From a candidate division WOR-3 bacterium (GTDB lineage Bacteria > Hydrothermota > 32-111), in assembly GCA_037481815.1 (NCBI GenBank), contig JBBFKX010000002.1, positions 320,001-384,000 on the forward strand: DNA of 64,000 bases, written 5' to 3'. Made by a program: the position numbers and the translations under genes. Positions 52,141 through 62,801 of this stretch are shown in pieces. Positions within the stretch are counted from its first letter, which is position 1; each line of letters opens with the position of its first letter. The notes below the pieces were generated by a model. It ran no database searches. It was not told where the DNA came from and saw only the letters and a program-made list of their open reading frames with translations.

Positions 52141-54030
52141 ATGGATTTTAAAAAATCTTTTTTTATTTTTTTGTTTATTGTAATATCAACCTTTTCAATT
52201 TTTTCAGCACCATCGATGCAGTTGAACTCAGGATACATTCATTCTCTTGATGCTATATTAAAAGAACAGAGGTTGAATCTCGGTTTCCATTTTTACGGGT
52301 CATCAAGAGATTTTCAAATACCTTACATATCAACCATTGACGGTGATACACATTACAGTTGGGATACTTATGCTTTTGCAACTCTCGCATACGGAATAGG
52401 TTATTCCTTTACAAACTGGCTTGAGGTAAACATCTATTCAACAGCACATCTTGATGCTATCGATACTCCTGAAGCGGCGGGAAGAGTTGACGAAAACACG
52501 AACTATGCAAGTTACGGTTTTGGTGATACTGAGGTTGGTTTGAAACTGACAACAGGTGGTATATTTGGTGCTACAAAAAATGCAGATTTCGGTGTATATT
52601 GTTTTTATAGATTATCAACAGGTGATACCTATGATACCTTAAAAGACAATTCATCATCGTTTTCGATAGATTATATAAAAAATCATGGTGGAATTTTCAG
52701 ACATTTTACAACGAACAGTCAGGATTTTGGAGTGAAACTTTTGATTTCCTTTATCACTTCAACACAGGTTCCGTTAGCGATAAATTTGAATGGTGGTTAC
52801 ACAAAGTTCAACGATCTTCCTTCATCGATTTCAAATCCTGTAATGTTTGATTATTCAGGATCATTCTCGATCAAATTCGGATCATTCATCCCATTTTTTG
52901 AAATCTATGGCAACAAATATATGTTCAACAACATAAATGATGGCCGCCTTGTCCACAATTTAACTGGTGGTGTGAGATTTGATACACCGATAGGTCTTGT
53001 AATAGATCTTGGAGCGGATTATAGGATATCAAAATTCGTTCCCGATTTAAAACCAACATTAAACGGTATCTCAGATGTTCTATTTTTGAATGATGGATGG
53101 GAAGGAACACCAGATTGGAAAGTGTTTTTCGGTTTAACATACTATTATGATTTCAAAAAAGAGGAAATCAAAAAAGAGGAACCTAAAACACTTATAACTG
53201 GAAAAATAATAGATGGTGAGAGTGGAAAACCTCTGTCGGCGATCATAACCTTACCTGGATATTCTGAAACATTACAGATAGTTACAGATTCAACAGGAAT
53301 TTATTCTATTGAAGTAAAACCGGGCAGTATTAGAATAAAGGTTGAAAGAGAAGGATACAAATGGCAGGAGAAGGGAATAATCATTGAAAAAGGACAAACA
53401 AAGATAGTGGACTTTGCTCTGAACAAAAAGGTTGTTGCACAGGGAATATTAACTGGAACTGTTAAAGACAAATCAACAGGAGAAAATATTAAAGCAACAT
53501 TATCATTCCCTCAGACCGATATCCCCTCATTTACACCTGATCCACAGACAGGTGTTTACAGGATCAGTTTGAATCCAGGTACTTATACTCTTGCGGCAAC
53601 ACTTGATGGATATGTAACCTATGTACAACCTATCGTCATAGAAGCAGATAAAACTCTGATCTTAAATATAGAGATGCTCAAAAAAGGTGGAAAGATAACT
53701 TTAAGAGGAATAAACTTTGAATCTGGAAAAGCAACTATTCTTCCTGAGTCATATCCTATACTTGATGAAGCTGTTAAACTTCTCAACGACAATCCGAAGG
53801 TTAGAATTGAGGTTCAGGGTCATACAGATTCTGTTGGAAGTGATAGTGCAAACCTTGTTCTATCACAGGCAAGGGCTGAAGCGGTTCGAAACTATTTGAT
53901 CATGAAAGGTATAGATCCTGCAAGAATAGTTGCAAAAGGTTTTGGTGAACTTATGCCTGTCGCTGATAATGCAACAAAAGAAGGTAGGGCAAAAAATAGA
54001 AGAATAGAGTTCTTGATACTTGGAGAATAG
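52141..54030 (+). CDS. OmpA-family outer membrane protein: N-terminal barrel, two carboxypeptidase-regulatory-like domains, OmpA-C domain
   Basis: ATG 52141 after AGGAGG; ITGKIIDGESGKP and LTGTVKDKSTG repeats; INFESGKA, QGHTDSVG..NLVLSQARA, NRRIEF. Confidence 0.9.
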   Translation: MDFKKSFFIFLFIVISTFSIFSAPSMQLNSGYIHSLDAILKEQRLNLGFHFYGSSRDFQIPYISTIDGDTHYSWDTYAFATLAYGIGYSFTNWLEVNIYSTAHLDAIDTPEAAGRVDENTNYASYGFGDTEVGLKLTTGGIFGATKNADFGVYCFYRLSTGDTYDTLKDNSSSFSIDYIKNHGGIFRHFTTNSQDFGVKLLISFITSTQVPLAINLNGGYTKFNDLPSSISNPVMFDYSGSFSIKFGSFIPFFEIYGNKYMFNNINDGRLVHNLTGGVRFDTPIGLVIDLGADYRISKFVPDLKPTLNGISDVLFLNDGWEGTPDWKVFFGLTYYYDFKKEEIKKEEPKTLITGKIIDGESGKPLSAIITLPGYSETLQIVTDSTGIYSIEVKPGSIRIKVEREGYKWQEKGIIIEKGQTKIVDFALNKKVVAQGILTGTVKDKSTGENIKATLSFPQTDIPSFTPDPQTGVYRISLNPGTYTLAATLDGYVTYVQPIVIEADKTLILNIEMLKKGGKITLRGINFESGKATILPESYPILDEAVKLLNDNPKVRIEVQGHTDSVGSDSANLVLSQARAEAVRNYLIMKGIDPARIVAKGFGELMPVADNATKEGRAKNRRIEFLILGE

Positions 54031-54039
54031 AAGGATAAT

Positions 54040-55329
54040 TTAAAAGTAATCTTTGAAATTTTTGATCATCTTTTTCATGTTCTTGTGCTGAACAAGTAGT
54101 TGCTTAACCATAGCAACACTTGTTCCGCTTCCTTTTGCGATCCTTTTAACTCTGCTTTTATTGTTTAAAAGTTCTGGATTTCTTCTTTCCTCTTTTGTCA
54201 TCGAATTTATTATCGCTTCCACTTTTTTAATGTTTTCTTCTTCAATACCGGTAAGTTTAATTCTGTTTCCAACACCTGGAATCATTTTTATGATATCTCC
54301 AAGAGGTCCCATTTTTTTTAACTGTTTGATCTGGTTTAAGTAATCCTCAAAATCGAATTTTCCTTCCTTCAATTTTTTTTCGATCTCTTTTGCTTCCTCT
54401 TCTTTTATTAAACTTTCAGTTTTTTCAACGAGTGTTACTATATCTCCCATCCCAAGCAATCTTGAAACAAATCTTTCAGGATAAAATTTTTCTATATTGT
54501 CTATATGTTCACCATTACAGATGAATTTTATTGGTTTTTCCACACTTTTTACTATAGATAACGCAGCACCACCTTTTTGATCACCATCCATCTTTGTCAG
54601 AATTATACCTGTTATGTTTATGGTTTCATTAAAGATCTTTGCACTGTTAACAGCATCCTGTCCCGTCAAAGAATCCCCAACAAAAAGTTTCTCACAAGGT
54701 TTAAATTTCTGATCAATAATTTTTAGTTCTTGCATCAGGTCATCATCAACATGTAATCTTCCAGCAGTATCAAGGATAAGTGTATCAAAACTATTTCTAT
54801 GAGCAAATTCTAAAGCATCATTTATCCTTTTTATAAGATCGGTTTCATTCGTTTCAAAAAAACTTAAAGAGTTTTTTGCTGATAGTTGTTTGAGTTGATC
54901 ATAGGCAGCAGGTCTTTTAATATCACATGGAACAAGTAAAGGTTTTCTACCAATACCCTGAAAAAGTTTTGCAAGTTTTCCCGATGTTGTTGTCTTTCCA
55001 CTACCCTGAAGTCCAACTAGTGCAACTACCGCTGGGTTACCTTTAAAGTTGATCTCTCTATCACCAGCAGAAAAAAGTTCAACGAGTTTGTCATTTACAC
55101 TTTTTATTATTATGTGTTCTGGCTTTAAAGATCTGTATACCTCTTTTCCAACAAGATCATCTTTCAGAAGGTTTACAAATTCGTTCACGATCTTATAGTT
55201 CACATCTGCTTCAAGGAGTAAAAGTTTTATCTCTCTCAAAGTCACATTAAGATCATCTTCTGTTACCTTCCCTTTATTTTTGATTTTGGAAAAAATGCTA
55301 GTAAACCTTTCAGTTATTTTTTCAAGCAT
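54040..55329 (-). CDS. ffh: Signal recognition particle protein
   Basis: LLEADVN, GLQGSGKTTT, DTAGRL, TKMDGDQKGGAALS, RLLGMGD, RIAKGSG. Confidence 0.97.
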   Translation of the reverse strand: MLEKITERFTSIFSKIKNKGKVTEDDLNVTLREIKLLLLEADVNYKIVNEFVNLLKDDLVGKEVYRSLKPEHIIIKSVNDKLVELFSAGDREINFKGNPAVVALVGLQGSGKTTTSGKLAKLFQGIGRKPLLVPCDIKRPAAYDQLKQLSAKNSLSFFETNETDLIKRINDALEFAHRNSFDTLILDTAGRLHVDDDLMQELKIIDQKFKPCEKLFVGDSLTGQDAVNSAKIFNETINITGIILTKMDGDQKGGAALSIVKSVEKPIKFICNGEHIDNIEKFYPERFVSRLLGMGDIVTLVEKTESLIKEEEAKEIEKKLKEGKFDFEDYLNQIKQLKKMGPLGDIIKMIPGVGNRIKLTGIEEENIKKVEAIINSMTKEERRNPELLNNKSRVKRIAKGSGTSVAMVKQLLVQHKNMKKMIKNFKDYF

Positions 55330-56251
55330 CTTTCAAAACTCCCGCACTTTTTAGAATCTCTTCAACCAAATCATCATATTTTATTCCATCATATTCCGCT
55401 TCCATAGGAAGATCGGAAAGATCCGTCATTCCCGGTATTGAATTCACTTCAAGTTCAAAAATTTTCATATTTCGATCTATGATATAGTCAACCCTTGCAA
55501 ACGATCTCATGTTTAAACTTTCAAATATTGTTTTTGTCCTTTCCATCAACGATTTTATTATTCTATTATCTACTTCAGGAGGTATTAGAAAATCGGTTTT
55601 TCCTTTAGTATATTTTGCTTCGTAATCATAAAATTTGTTCTTCGGTTTCAATTGCAAAGGTGTTAAAACTTTTGTTTTTCCTTTGTATTCTATTACTCCA
55701 ACTGTGACCTCTATTCCATCTTCAACATATTCTTCGATCAAAAAATCGTTAAATTTCAAAAAATTTTCTTTCAGACGATCCTTTACTTTATAACTCTCTT
55801 CTATAAATGTTCCAACCGATGATCCTCCAGTGTTGGGTTTTACGATGACTTTACTCTTAAAATGCTCTTCAACTATATTTTCATTATCGTTAAAAATTTT
55901 TTTATTCACATATATAGATTTCAAAACAGGTATATTGAGTGATTTCACCATCTGTTGAGTGAGATATTTGTTTATCGTTAAAGATGAAGGGATAACTCCA
56001 GAGCCAGTATACGGTATTTTAAGATATTCAAGGATACCCTGAACCAAACCATCCTCACCCGGTCTTCCATGCATTACATTGAACACCTTATCAAAACCTT
56101 TTAATTTTTCTATAAGATTTTCATCATATTCAACTTTTACAGCGTTATAACCCTTTCTTATCAAGGCATCATAAACTCTTTGTCCCGATCTTTTTGACAC
56201 CTCTCCTTCATTTGAAGGACCTCCAAAAAGAACAGCTATCTTTTCATCCAT
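55322..56251 (-). CDS. ddl: D-alanine-D-alanine ligase
   Basis: GGPSNEGEVS, HGRPGEDG, PYTGSG, GGSSVG, FYDYEAKY, EVNSIPGMT. Confidence 0.93.
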   Translation of the reverse strand: MDEKIAVLFGGPSNEGEVSKRSGQRVYDALIRKGYNAVKVEYDENLIEKLKGFDKVFNVMHGRPGEDGLVQGILEYLKIPYTGSGVIPSSLTINKYLTQQMVKSLNIPVLKSIYVNKKIFNDNENIVEEHFKSKVIVKPNTGGSSVGTFIEESYKVKDRLKENFLKFNDFLIEEYVEDGIEVTVGVIEYKGKTKVLTPLQLKPKNKFYDYEAKYTKGKTDFLIPPEVDNRIIKSLMERTKTIFESLNMRSFARVDYIIDRNMKIFELEVNSIPGMTDLSDLPMEAEYDGIKYDDLVEEILKSAGVLKDA

Positions 56252-57269
56252 CAAGAATCTCCTTTAAAATTTTTGTCTTTTTAAAAAATTCAATTTTATA
56301 ATCTTTTCGATTTTTATCAAGCATTATAAATGTTATATATTTTTTTAACCTGTCATCTCTTATATCTACCTCTCCTGTAATAACAAAAATCTTTTTTTTC
56401 CATTCTATCGCCTTTTTAACTATTTCTCCATTTATTTTTCCTCTTAATGATTGAGCATCAAATTTTCCCTCGTTCAGTATCACGATATTGGTTCCTTTCA
56501 CAATTTTTTCGATCGATATCATTTTTGATAGAAAATCCCAACATCCAATATTTTTCCCACCAGCAAACCTTGTAAAAAATCCCAATCCCCCTCCACTTCC
56601 TAAAAATCTTTCACCAGCAACATTATACTTTTTGGCGACATAATCAAAAATCGATTTAAAGAATTTTATTTCTTCCTCCTTCACACCTTTCTGTTTTAAA
56701 TACAAAGATGCACCGATTTTACCATTGAGCGGAGAAACCACATCACAAACCGAAACAAGATTATTTAAAGTTATGCTCTTACTTGTCCTTTTAAAATCTA
56801 TCAAAATTTCAGTTTCTGGAAACTTTAAAACATCATAACCTAAAATCTCAAAAGAGCCCGATCCAAGATCAAAAGTCGTTGTTCCACCGATACCCAAAAA
56901 AATTTTTTTATATTTTTTATGAACTTTTTTTAAAATATATCCCATTCCCTTGCTACTTCTTAGTGCTGGTTTTTTAGATATATCCTTTATAGTTTCAAAA
57001 CCAATAATTTTTGCACTCTCAATGAAGAGATATTGATTATATTCAAGAGTTTCAACCTTTATTTTTTTTCCTTCAGGGGAAAAGGTTTCAAAAATTTTTA
57101 TTTTTGATGAAGGATATAAATATTTTATGAAATTTAAAAAACCGTCTCCACCATCAGAAATTGGAAAAATGAAATCATCCTTTGATTTAAAAAATCTCTT
57201 GTACAGATCAACCACATCATCGTTTGACAGTGTTCCTTTCAGAGAGTTTGCAAAAAAAACTTTTTTCAT
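56244..57269 (-). CDS. Glycerate kinase family protein (divergent)
   Basis: NSLKGTLS, PISDGGDG, IESA, GIGGTTTFDLG, GSGGGLG, EGKFDAQSLRGK. Confidence 0.8.
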   Translation of the reverse strand: MKKVFFANSLKGTLSNDDVVDLYKRFFKSKDDFIFPISDGGDGFLNFIKYLYPSSKIKIFETFSPEGKKIKVETLEYNQYLFIESAKIIGFETIKDISKKPALRSSKGMGYILKKVHKKYKKIFLGIGGTTTFDLGSGSFEILGYDVLKFPETEILIDFKRTSKSITLNNLVSVCDVVSPLNGKIGASLYLKQKGVKEEEIKFFKSIFDYVAKKYNVAGERFLGSGGGLGFFTRFAGGKNIGCWDFLSKMISIEKIVKGTNIVILNEGKFDAQSLRGKINGEIVKKAIEWKKKIFVITGEVDIRDDRLKKYITFIMLDKNRKDYKIEFFKKTKILKEILDG

Positions 57270-59209
57270 TTTAGAAGTTTTTTAAGAAAGGTAACATTTC
57301 CAAACTGATCATAAACTTTAACCAATATTGAAAGTGTCCCATTTCCGTTAAAAGGTATATCTATTAAAAATTTTTCCTCTCTGTTATCATAAATCTGATC
57401 TACAGGTAATGCTTCTTTAAATTCACTTCCATTTGTTGAAACTTCCACTTTATCTATAAAACTTGATTCATCGTAAACTGAAAATTTTAAAATGTTGTTC
57501 TGAAATATATCATCTTTTATCTGTGGTGGAGTGTTGTCGATTAAAAATTCTTTCGATACTTTTTGATCATTTAAGAATTCTGTGTTATCTATCGAATCTG
57601 ATACAACCAATTTTATCTTGTAGTATCCGGTTGTAAAATTATCATAATTGAACACAAAATAATTATCCTCTATCTGTGAAACCAAGGGATATTCGTACTT
57701 ATCGTCCTGAAGAAATAAAGAATATGTCAATCTATCACTGTCTGGATCAAAACCTTCCCATTTTACAAAGATCTTTTTTTCAAAAATTTTAAAGATATTC
57801 TGTTCTTTTAAATCCTGATAAATTTTCTTTTTAAAACTCTTATCCATTTTTACATTCTGCGGCATCGCATAATCAGGCAAAATTCTTGGAGGGAAAACAT
57901 CTATATTTTTAATTTTTGGGATTTTATTCTCACCTTTATAGAAAATCTCTATTTTTTTAAAATTGTCTTGTTCATCGTTCAAAACAACTTTATACTGGAA
58001 ACATTTTGATTTCGGAAGTTCGTTATTATAACCACTGACCACCGGATAAAAACCTGTCCATGTATTATCAACCTCATAAGAATCCCCAAACCTGAAAAAA
58101 ACTTTTGCTTTTCCTGAAATCTCAGGATACACGGATGTTATCGATTTTTGAGAGTTGAAGTTAAAAACTTTTGAAAAAAATTCTCCTTTCCCATCATTTT
58201 CTTTTAACTTTACAATGGAAGGTTGTCCATCGTTTCCAATATATATATTCTCATCATCGATGTAAAGTGCAGTTGGAAATTCAAAATCAAAATTCCCGGC
58301 AAAAAATACATGGTTAAAATCAAAATAAAAGAAATTCGCTGGTTTAGAAAGAAAAATTAAAACACCATTTTTAAAACCTGACACCTGTGAAATATGTGTA
58401 TCAAAAGTGTAAATGGTATCGACCATATTTTTATCAATCGAAATTATATATGATTTATACTCCTGAAATATGGGATCTTCATTTTTCGAATTTTTTGAGT
58501 TAACAAAAACAAAGACCTTGTCATCCTTGAAATAAAAATCTCTCACCTCACTATCACTTGAAACAAAAATGTAGTCAGTTTTTCCATTCTCATAACTTAA
58601 GAGTTTTCCATCACCTTCTGTCGAAAAGAAAAGACGGTTCTTATATTTCTTCATCTGTAAACAGTTTTTATCGTTTACCTGAAAAAATTTTTCAAATTTA
58701 TCCTTTTTTAATTCAAAGATATTTTCACCTACAAGAGCATATATTTTGCCATCAATGTATACTATTCTGTTTATACTCTTATTTCCATCTTTAAAAAGTG
58801 TATCACATTTTTTCTTATCATCGATTCTAACAATTATTCCAGATGGTTCAATTGAAGCTAAAAAATTTTTTTTGTCTATAACAAATATATTTCTAACGAT
58901 TTCACCTTCTCTAAATTTCATAAATGTATCTCTACTCGATAAACTGTATATATATGAATTGCCTCCGGTTCCAACTATGATATCTTTGTCGAATCTTGAG
59001 ATTGAGAAAATTGGGTCAAAAACCCTGACTTCCAATTTTTCGAGTAAAAATCCTTTTTTCACGAAATTTTCAGATACCATAACACCATCTTGAACTTTTA
59101 AAGATTTTATATTCTCAAGTGGAGTATCAACTATTCTTCCTGTTTCAAGACCACTTAGTGTTAAAATAGATATAACAAAAATGTATAGAATACCAAAAAA
59201 TTTTTTCAT
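57266..59209 (-). CDS. Secreted beta-propeller + Ig/FN3-like hypothetical protein
   Basis: Signal peptide; short beta-repeat region; WEGFDPDSDRLTY, GYYKIKLVVSD, IDNTPP. Confidence 0.75.
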   Translation of the reverse strand: MKKFFGILYIFVISILTLSGLETGRIVDTPLENIKSLKVQDGVMVSENFVKKGFLLEKLEVRVFDPIFSISRFDKDIIVGTGGNSYIYSLSSRDTFMKFREGEIVRNIFVIDKKNFLASIEPSGIIVRIDDKKKCDTLFKDGNKSINRIVYIDGKIYALVGENIFELKKDKFEKFFQVNDKNCLQMKKYKNRLFFSTEGDGKLLSYENGKTDYIFVSSDSEVRDFYFKDDKVFVFVNSKNSKNEDPIFQEYKSYIISIDKNMVDTIYTFDTHISQVSGFKNGVLIFLSKPANFFYFDFNHVFFAGNFDFEFPTALYIDDENIYIGNDGQPSIVKLKENDGKGEFFSKVFNFNSQKSITSVYPEISGKAKVFFRFGDSYEVDNTWTGFYPVVSGYNNELPKSKCFQYKVVLNDEQDNFKKIEIFYKGENKIPKIKNIDVFPPRILPDYAMPQNVKMDKSFKKKIYQDLKEQNIFKIFEKKIFVKWEGFDPDSDRLTYSLFLQDDKYEYPLVSQIEDNYFVFNYDNFTTGYYKIKLVVSDSIDNTEFLNDQKVSKEFLIDNTPPQIKDDIFQNNILKFSVYDESSFIDKVEVSTNGSEFKEALPVDQIYDNREEKFLIDIPFNGNGTLSILVKVYDQFGNVTFLKKLLK

Positions 59210-59210
59210 T

Positions 59211-60854
59211 CTACCTCCACAATTTTAAAACTATACTTTTCGTACCTTTTATTACAAAATCTGTTGAGAATTTTTTCACTACCAGATTGTTACCGTTAAC
59301 CATCTTCTTCCCCATCATGAGTTGCTCTTTTACAAAAGATGTTGGATAGTTGAAAAATTCAAGGTTATTATCTATAAATCCTTTTTCAAAGGAAACCAAT
59401 CTTACTATTAAACTGTTCGATGGATTTATCTGATCTATTATGTTTTCCAGAGTTTCAATATCCTTAAAATCAAATTTTCCAGAACTTCTCGAACTTTCAA
59501 AATAGAGGTCATCTCCACCACCATTAACGGTAATCATTATTGAATCATCTTTTATGTTATCAGGTATTCTGATTTCTAACTCTTTTGTCAACATCTCTCT
59601 ATCATAACCTTTCAGTTTAATCAAAAGTCGCAAATTTTCTCCATTTCTATAATACTTTTTGTCAGTTATTATATCATCTATCATAAACACAAGATTCTGT
59701 TCAACAACATCAGATTCAATTTTTACAGAATCCATTCTGATCGTTCTATAAACATTGTTTGTATATGCTGTAAAAAGACCGGAGATATCAAAAAACATCT
59801 GTAAAAGTATATTGTCTCCTGAAAACATATTTTTATATTCAAAACTTTTTTTATTTGAACCAAACACCTCTATTTTATATTTAACAGAGAGGTTCCCACC
59901 AGATTTAAAATTTTTCGAGACAGTTGATAGAAAGGTCAACGGAAGATAATTTGAAATTATATCTTTATCGTTTACTATTGAAAAATTGTACATTTTCTGG
60001 TTAACTTTCATCCTGACTTTTACCATCTCAGATTTTTCACCACTAACCGCAAGAACTCCAAAGGTTCTATCCTGTTTCGCTTTTCCGACATTATCTTTCA
60101 GAGAAAATCCCATTTTAAACGAAATATCATTTTTAGGTAATATCGTATATATGTACGCTTCAGAAACAGGAAAATCAACCTCTCCTTTTAAAGTGAAAGG
60201 ATGACCTAACGAATAAATATTTTTTTGATCAACATAAGTAACGGTTCCTATGGCGGATGCTTCGAAATCTCCCTCGATAAGTTTTATCGCTATTGCTTTT
60301 CCAGGAACGAGTTCACTTTTTTTAGTACCTTTAATGTTAATATTGTTTCCACCGGAAATTATGGAATTTTTTGAAAAAATGTTTAACTTTTCTGCAAGAT
60401 CTATAACTTCGTTTGAAAATCCATAAAAAACTATTGGAACAGATATTTCTTTGAAATCAAAATCTTTTTTCTTGTCCTGATTTTCATAATTTTTTATCTC
60501 TACAATCCTTCTTATCGGGATAACACCACCTACAGGTTCTTTTAAATTATCCCAGGTATAACTCAAACTACCGGCAAGTTTTCCTTGAAAATAAACCGGG
60601 CTACCACTCATACCAGCTGCAACTCCCGTTTTTTCTATATTTTCTCCCGAACATTTTACAAGAATCATTTCCATATTCGAATCTCTCATAATATCGATTA
60701 TCTCAACCTCAAACGTGTCTATTTCTGTTCCATGAAAAACTGTTAAACAGTAACCCTTCATCCCAATTTTGAGATCGTTAAGATCGATAAATTCTTCTGC
60801 ACAGATAAAAACAAAAAATAATAGAGTCAGCACAAAAAAATATTTTTTCATCAT
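59211..60854 (-). CDS. SpoIVB-like peptidase S55 domain protein
   Basis: GMKGYCLTVFHG, GVAAGMSGSPVY..GKLAG, IGTVTY, LGHPF. Confidence 0.88.
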   Translation of the reverse strand: MMKKYFFVLTLLFFVFICAEEFIDLNDLKIGMKGYCLTVFHGTEIDTFEVEIIDIMRDSNMEMILVKCSGENIEKTGVAAGMSGSPVYFQGKLAGSLSYTWDNLKEPVGGVIPIRRIVEIKNYENQDKKKDFDFKEISVPIVFYGFSNEVIDLAEKLNIFSKNSIISGGNNINIKGTKKSELVPGKAIAIKLIEGDFEASAIGTVTYVDQKNIYSLGHPFTLKGEVDFPVSEAYIYTILPKNDISFKMGFSLKDNVGKAKQDRTFGVLAVSGEKSEMVKVRMKVNQKMYNFSIVNDKDIISNYLPLTFLSTVSKNFKSGGNLSVKYKIEVFGSNKKSFEYKNMFSGDNILLQMFFDISGLFTAYTNNVYRTIRMDSVKIESDVVEQNLVFMIDDIITDKKYYRNGENLRLLIKLKGYDREMLTKELEIRIPDNIKDDSIMITVNGGGDDLYFESSRSSGKFDFKDIETLENIIDQINPSNSLIVRLVSFEKGFIDNNLEFFNYPTSFVKEQLMMGKKMVNGNNLVVKKFSTDFVIKGTKSIVLKLWR

Positions 60855-62155
60855 ACTCCTTTTATATACTTTATCAGTTCTACTTTTTCAATATTTTCAT
60901 CACTTTCTTCTATCTTAAATGAATTCTTTAAAATCTCAACACTTTCCTGGTAATCATGGTTCCCAACAAAAACCTCAAAGATTATATCACCTTTTAAAAC
61001 TCTATCTCTTATTTTTTTATAAACTTTCAATCCAGTTTTATGATCGATATTATCCTCTTTTCTAAACCTTCCAGCATTAAGATGGATAAGTGCAATCCCA
61101 ATTTTATAAGTATCAAAGTAAGAAATATATCCATCTCTGTCTGAAACTATTTTAACAGAATTTTGATAGAAAAGATCATCACATTTTAATTTATCAAGTT
61201 TACCACCCTGAGCTGAAACTATTTTCAAAAAGGTTTCATAAGCGTATCCTTTTTTTATTACATCCTTTATTTTTTCAACTCTATCTTCACAACTTTTCCC
61301 AATACCATTCTTTTCCATCAAAAGAACAGCCATAGCTTTAACAAGTTTATAAACATCATTTTCAAGTTCACCTTTGAGAATTTTTATCGATTCATGAATT
61401 TCACATCCGTTTCCAGCGTATTCACCCAAAACCTGTGACATATCGGTTATAAGGTAAACCATCTTTTTATCAAACATCTCTCCTATTGACAACATATTGT
61501 CGGCTAATTTTTTTGCATCATCAAAATTTTTCATAAAAGCACCATTTCCACATTTAACATCAAGTATCAAAGAATCTATACCTTCTGCAAGTTTTTTGCT
61601 CATTATCGATGATGTTATAAGAGGTATCGACTCAACTGTTCCCGTTACATCTCTCAGTGAGTAGAGAAGTTTGTCTGCTGGAACAAAATTTTCTGTTTGT
61701 CCTCCAAAACCTCCACCGATTTTTTCAACCATATCATACATTTTTTCTTTACTCAAAAAAACATTCATTCCCTCTATAGATTCAAGTTTATCGAGTGTTC
61801 CTCCGGTATGTCCAAGCCCACGTCCTGAAACCATTGGAACTTTAAACCCAAGCGAAACAAGAACTGGAAGAAGCGGAATTGAAACTTTATCACCAACTCC
61901 ACCTGTTGAATGTTTGTCGACTTTTAATCCCTCAACATTTGAAAAATCATACTTATATCCTGAATCCATCATTATTTCGGTTAAAATTTTCGTTTCAAGA
62001 TCAGAAAAACCTTTTAAAAAACCTGCCATTAAAAATGCAGCAACCTGATAATCAGCAATTTTACCTTCAATGTAACCTTTTATAAAAAAGTTCAATTCAT
62101 CTTTTGTCAGTTCGTGTCCATCTCTTTTCTTTTTAATAATCTCCACAGGATTCAT
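60851..62155 (-). CDS. pdp: Pyrimidine-nucleoside/thymidine phosphorylase
   Basis: KKRDG, DKHSTGGVGDK, SGRGLGHTGGTLDKLESI, SIMSKKLAEG, LDVKCGNGAFM. Confidence 0.95.
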   Translation of the reverse strand: MNPVEIIKKKRDGHELTKDELNFFIKGYIEGKIADYQVAAFLMAGFLKGFSDLETKILTEIMMDSGYKYDFSNVEGLKVDKHSTGGVGDKVSIPLLPVLVSLGFKVPMVSGRGLGHTGGTLDKLESIEGMNVFLSKEKMYDMVEKIGGGFGGQTENFVPADKLLYSLRDVTGTVESIPLITSSIMSKKLAEGIDSLILDVKCGNGAFMKNFDDAKKLADNMLSIGEMFDKKMVYLITDMSQVLGEYAGNGCEIHESIKILKGELENDVYKLVKAMAVLLMEKNGIGKSCEDRVEKIKDVIKKGYAYETFLKIVSAQGGKLDKLKCDDLFYQNSVKIVSDRDGYISYFDTYKIGIALIHLNAGRFRKEDNIDHKTGLKVYKKIRDRVLKGDIIFEVFVGNHDYQESVEILKNSFKIEESDENIEKVELIKYIKGV

Positions 62156-62801
62156 AGACCTCTCCCATTATTTTTACAGAGTTTGAACTTCCTATCCTTG
62201 AAGCACCACTTCTTATCATTTCAACCGCTGTTTTAAGATCCCTGATCCCACCACTTGCTTTTATCTTTATTCTATCACCGCCAAGATTTTTAAAAAGTTT
62301 TATATCTTCAATTTTTGCTCCACCTGTTGAAAATCCTGTTGAAGTTTTTATATAATCCGCTTTACTTTCGATAAGAATCTCTAAAATCTTTTTCTTTTCT
62401 TCCTGATCAAGCAAACAGGTCTCAACAATAACTTTTAATATCCTATCACCACATACACTCTTTATTTTTTTTACTTCATCAAATATGTGATCATATCTTT
62501 TCGACTTCATATAACCTATATTCATAACCATATCGATTTCATCTGCACCAAGATCAATGGATCTTTTTGTTTCATGAAGTTTTGTTTCTATGTCGGTTGC
62601 ACCGAGTGGAAATCCAACAACAGTACAAACTTTTACATCACTATCTTTTAAAATATTCTTAGAATATTCAATATAACTCTGATTCACACATACTGAAAAA
62701 AACTTAAAATTTTTTGCCTCTTCACATAAACGTCTAATATCCTCAAAAGTTGCATCAGGTTTCAAAAGCGTATGGTCAATGTACCTGTTTAAATCTTTCA
62801 T
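62133..62801 (-). CDS. deoC: Deoxyribose-phosphate aldolase
   Basis: IDHTLLKP, TVVGFPLG, GADEIDMV, KVIVET, IKTSTGF, KASGGIR. Confidence 0.96.
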   Translation of the reverse strand: MKDLNRYIDHTLLKPDATFEDIRRLCEEAKNFKFFSVCVNQSYIEYSKNILKDSDVKVCTVVGFPLGATDIETKLHETKRSIDLGADEIDMVMNIGYMKSKRYDHIFDEVKKIKSVCGDRILKVIVETCLLDQEEKKKILEILIESKADYIKTSTGFSTGGAKIEDIKLFKNLGGDRIKIKASGGIRDLKTAVEMIRSGASRIGSSNSVKIMGEVYESCGDY

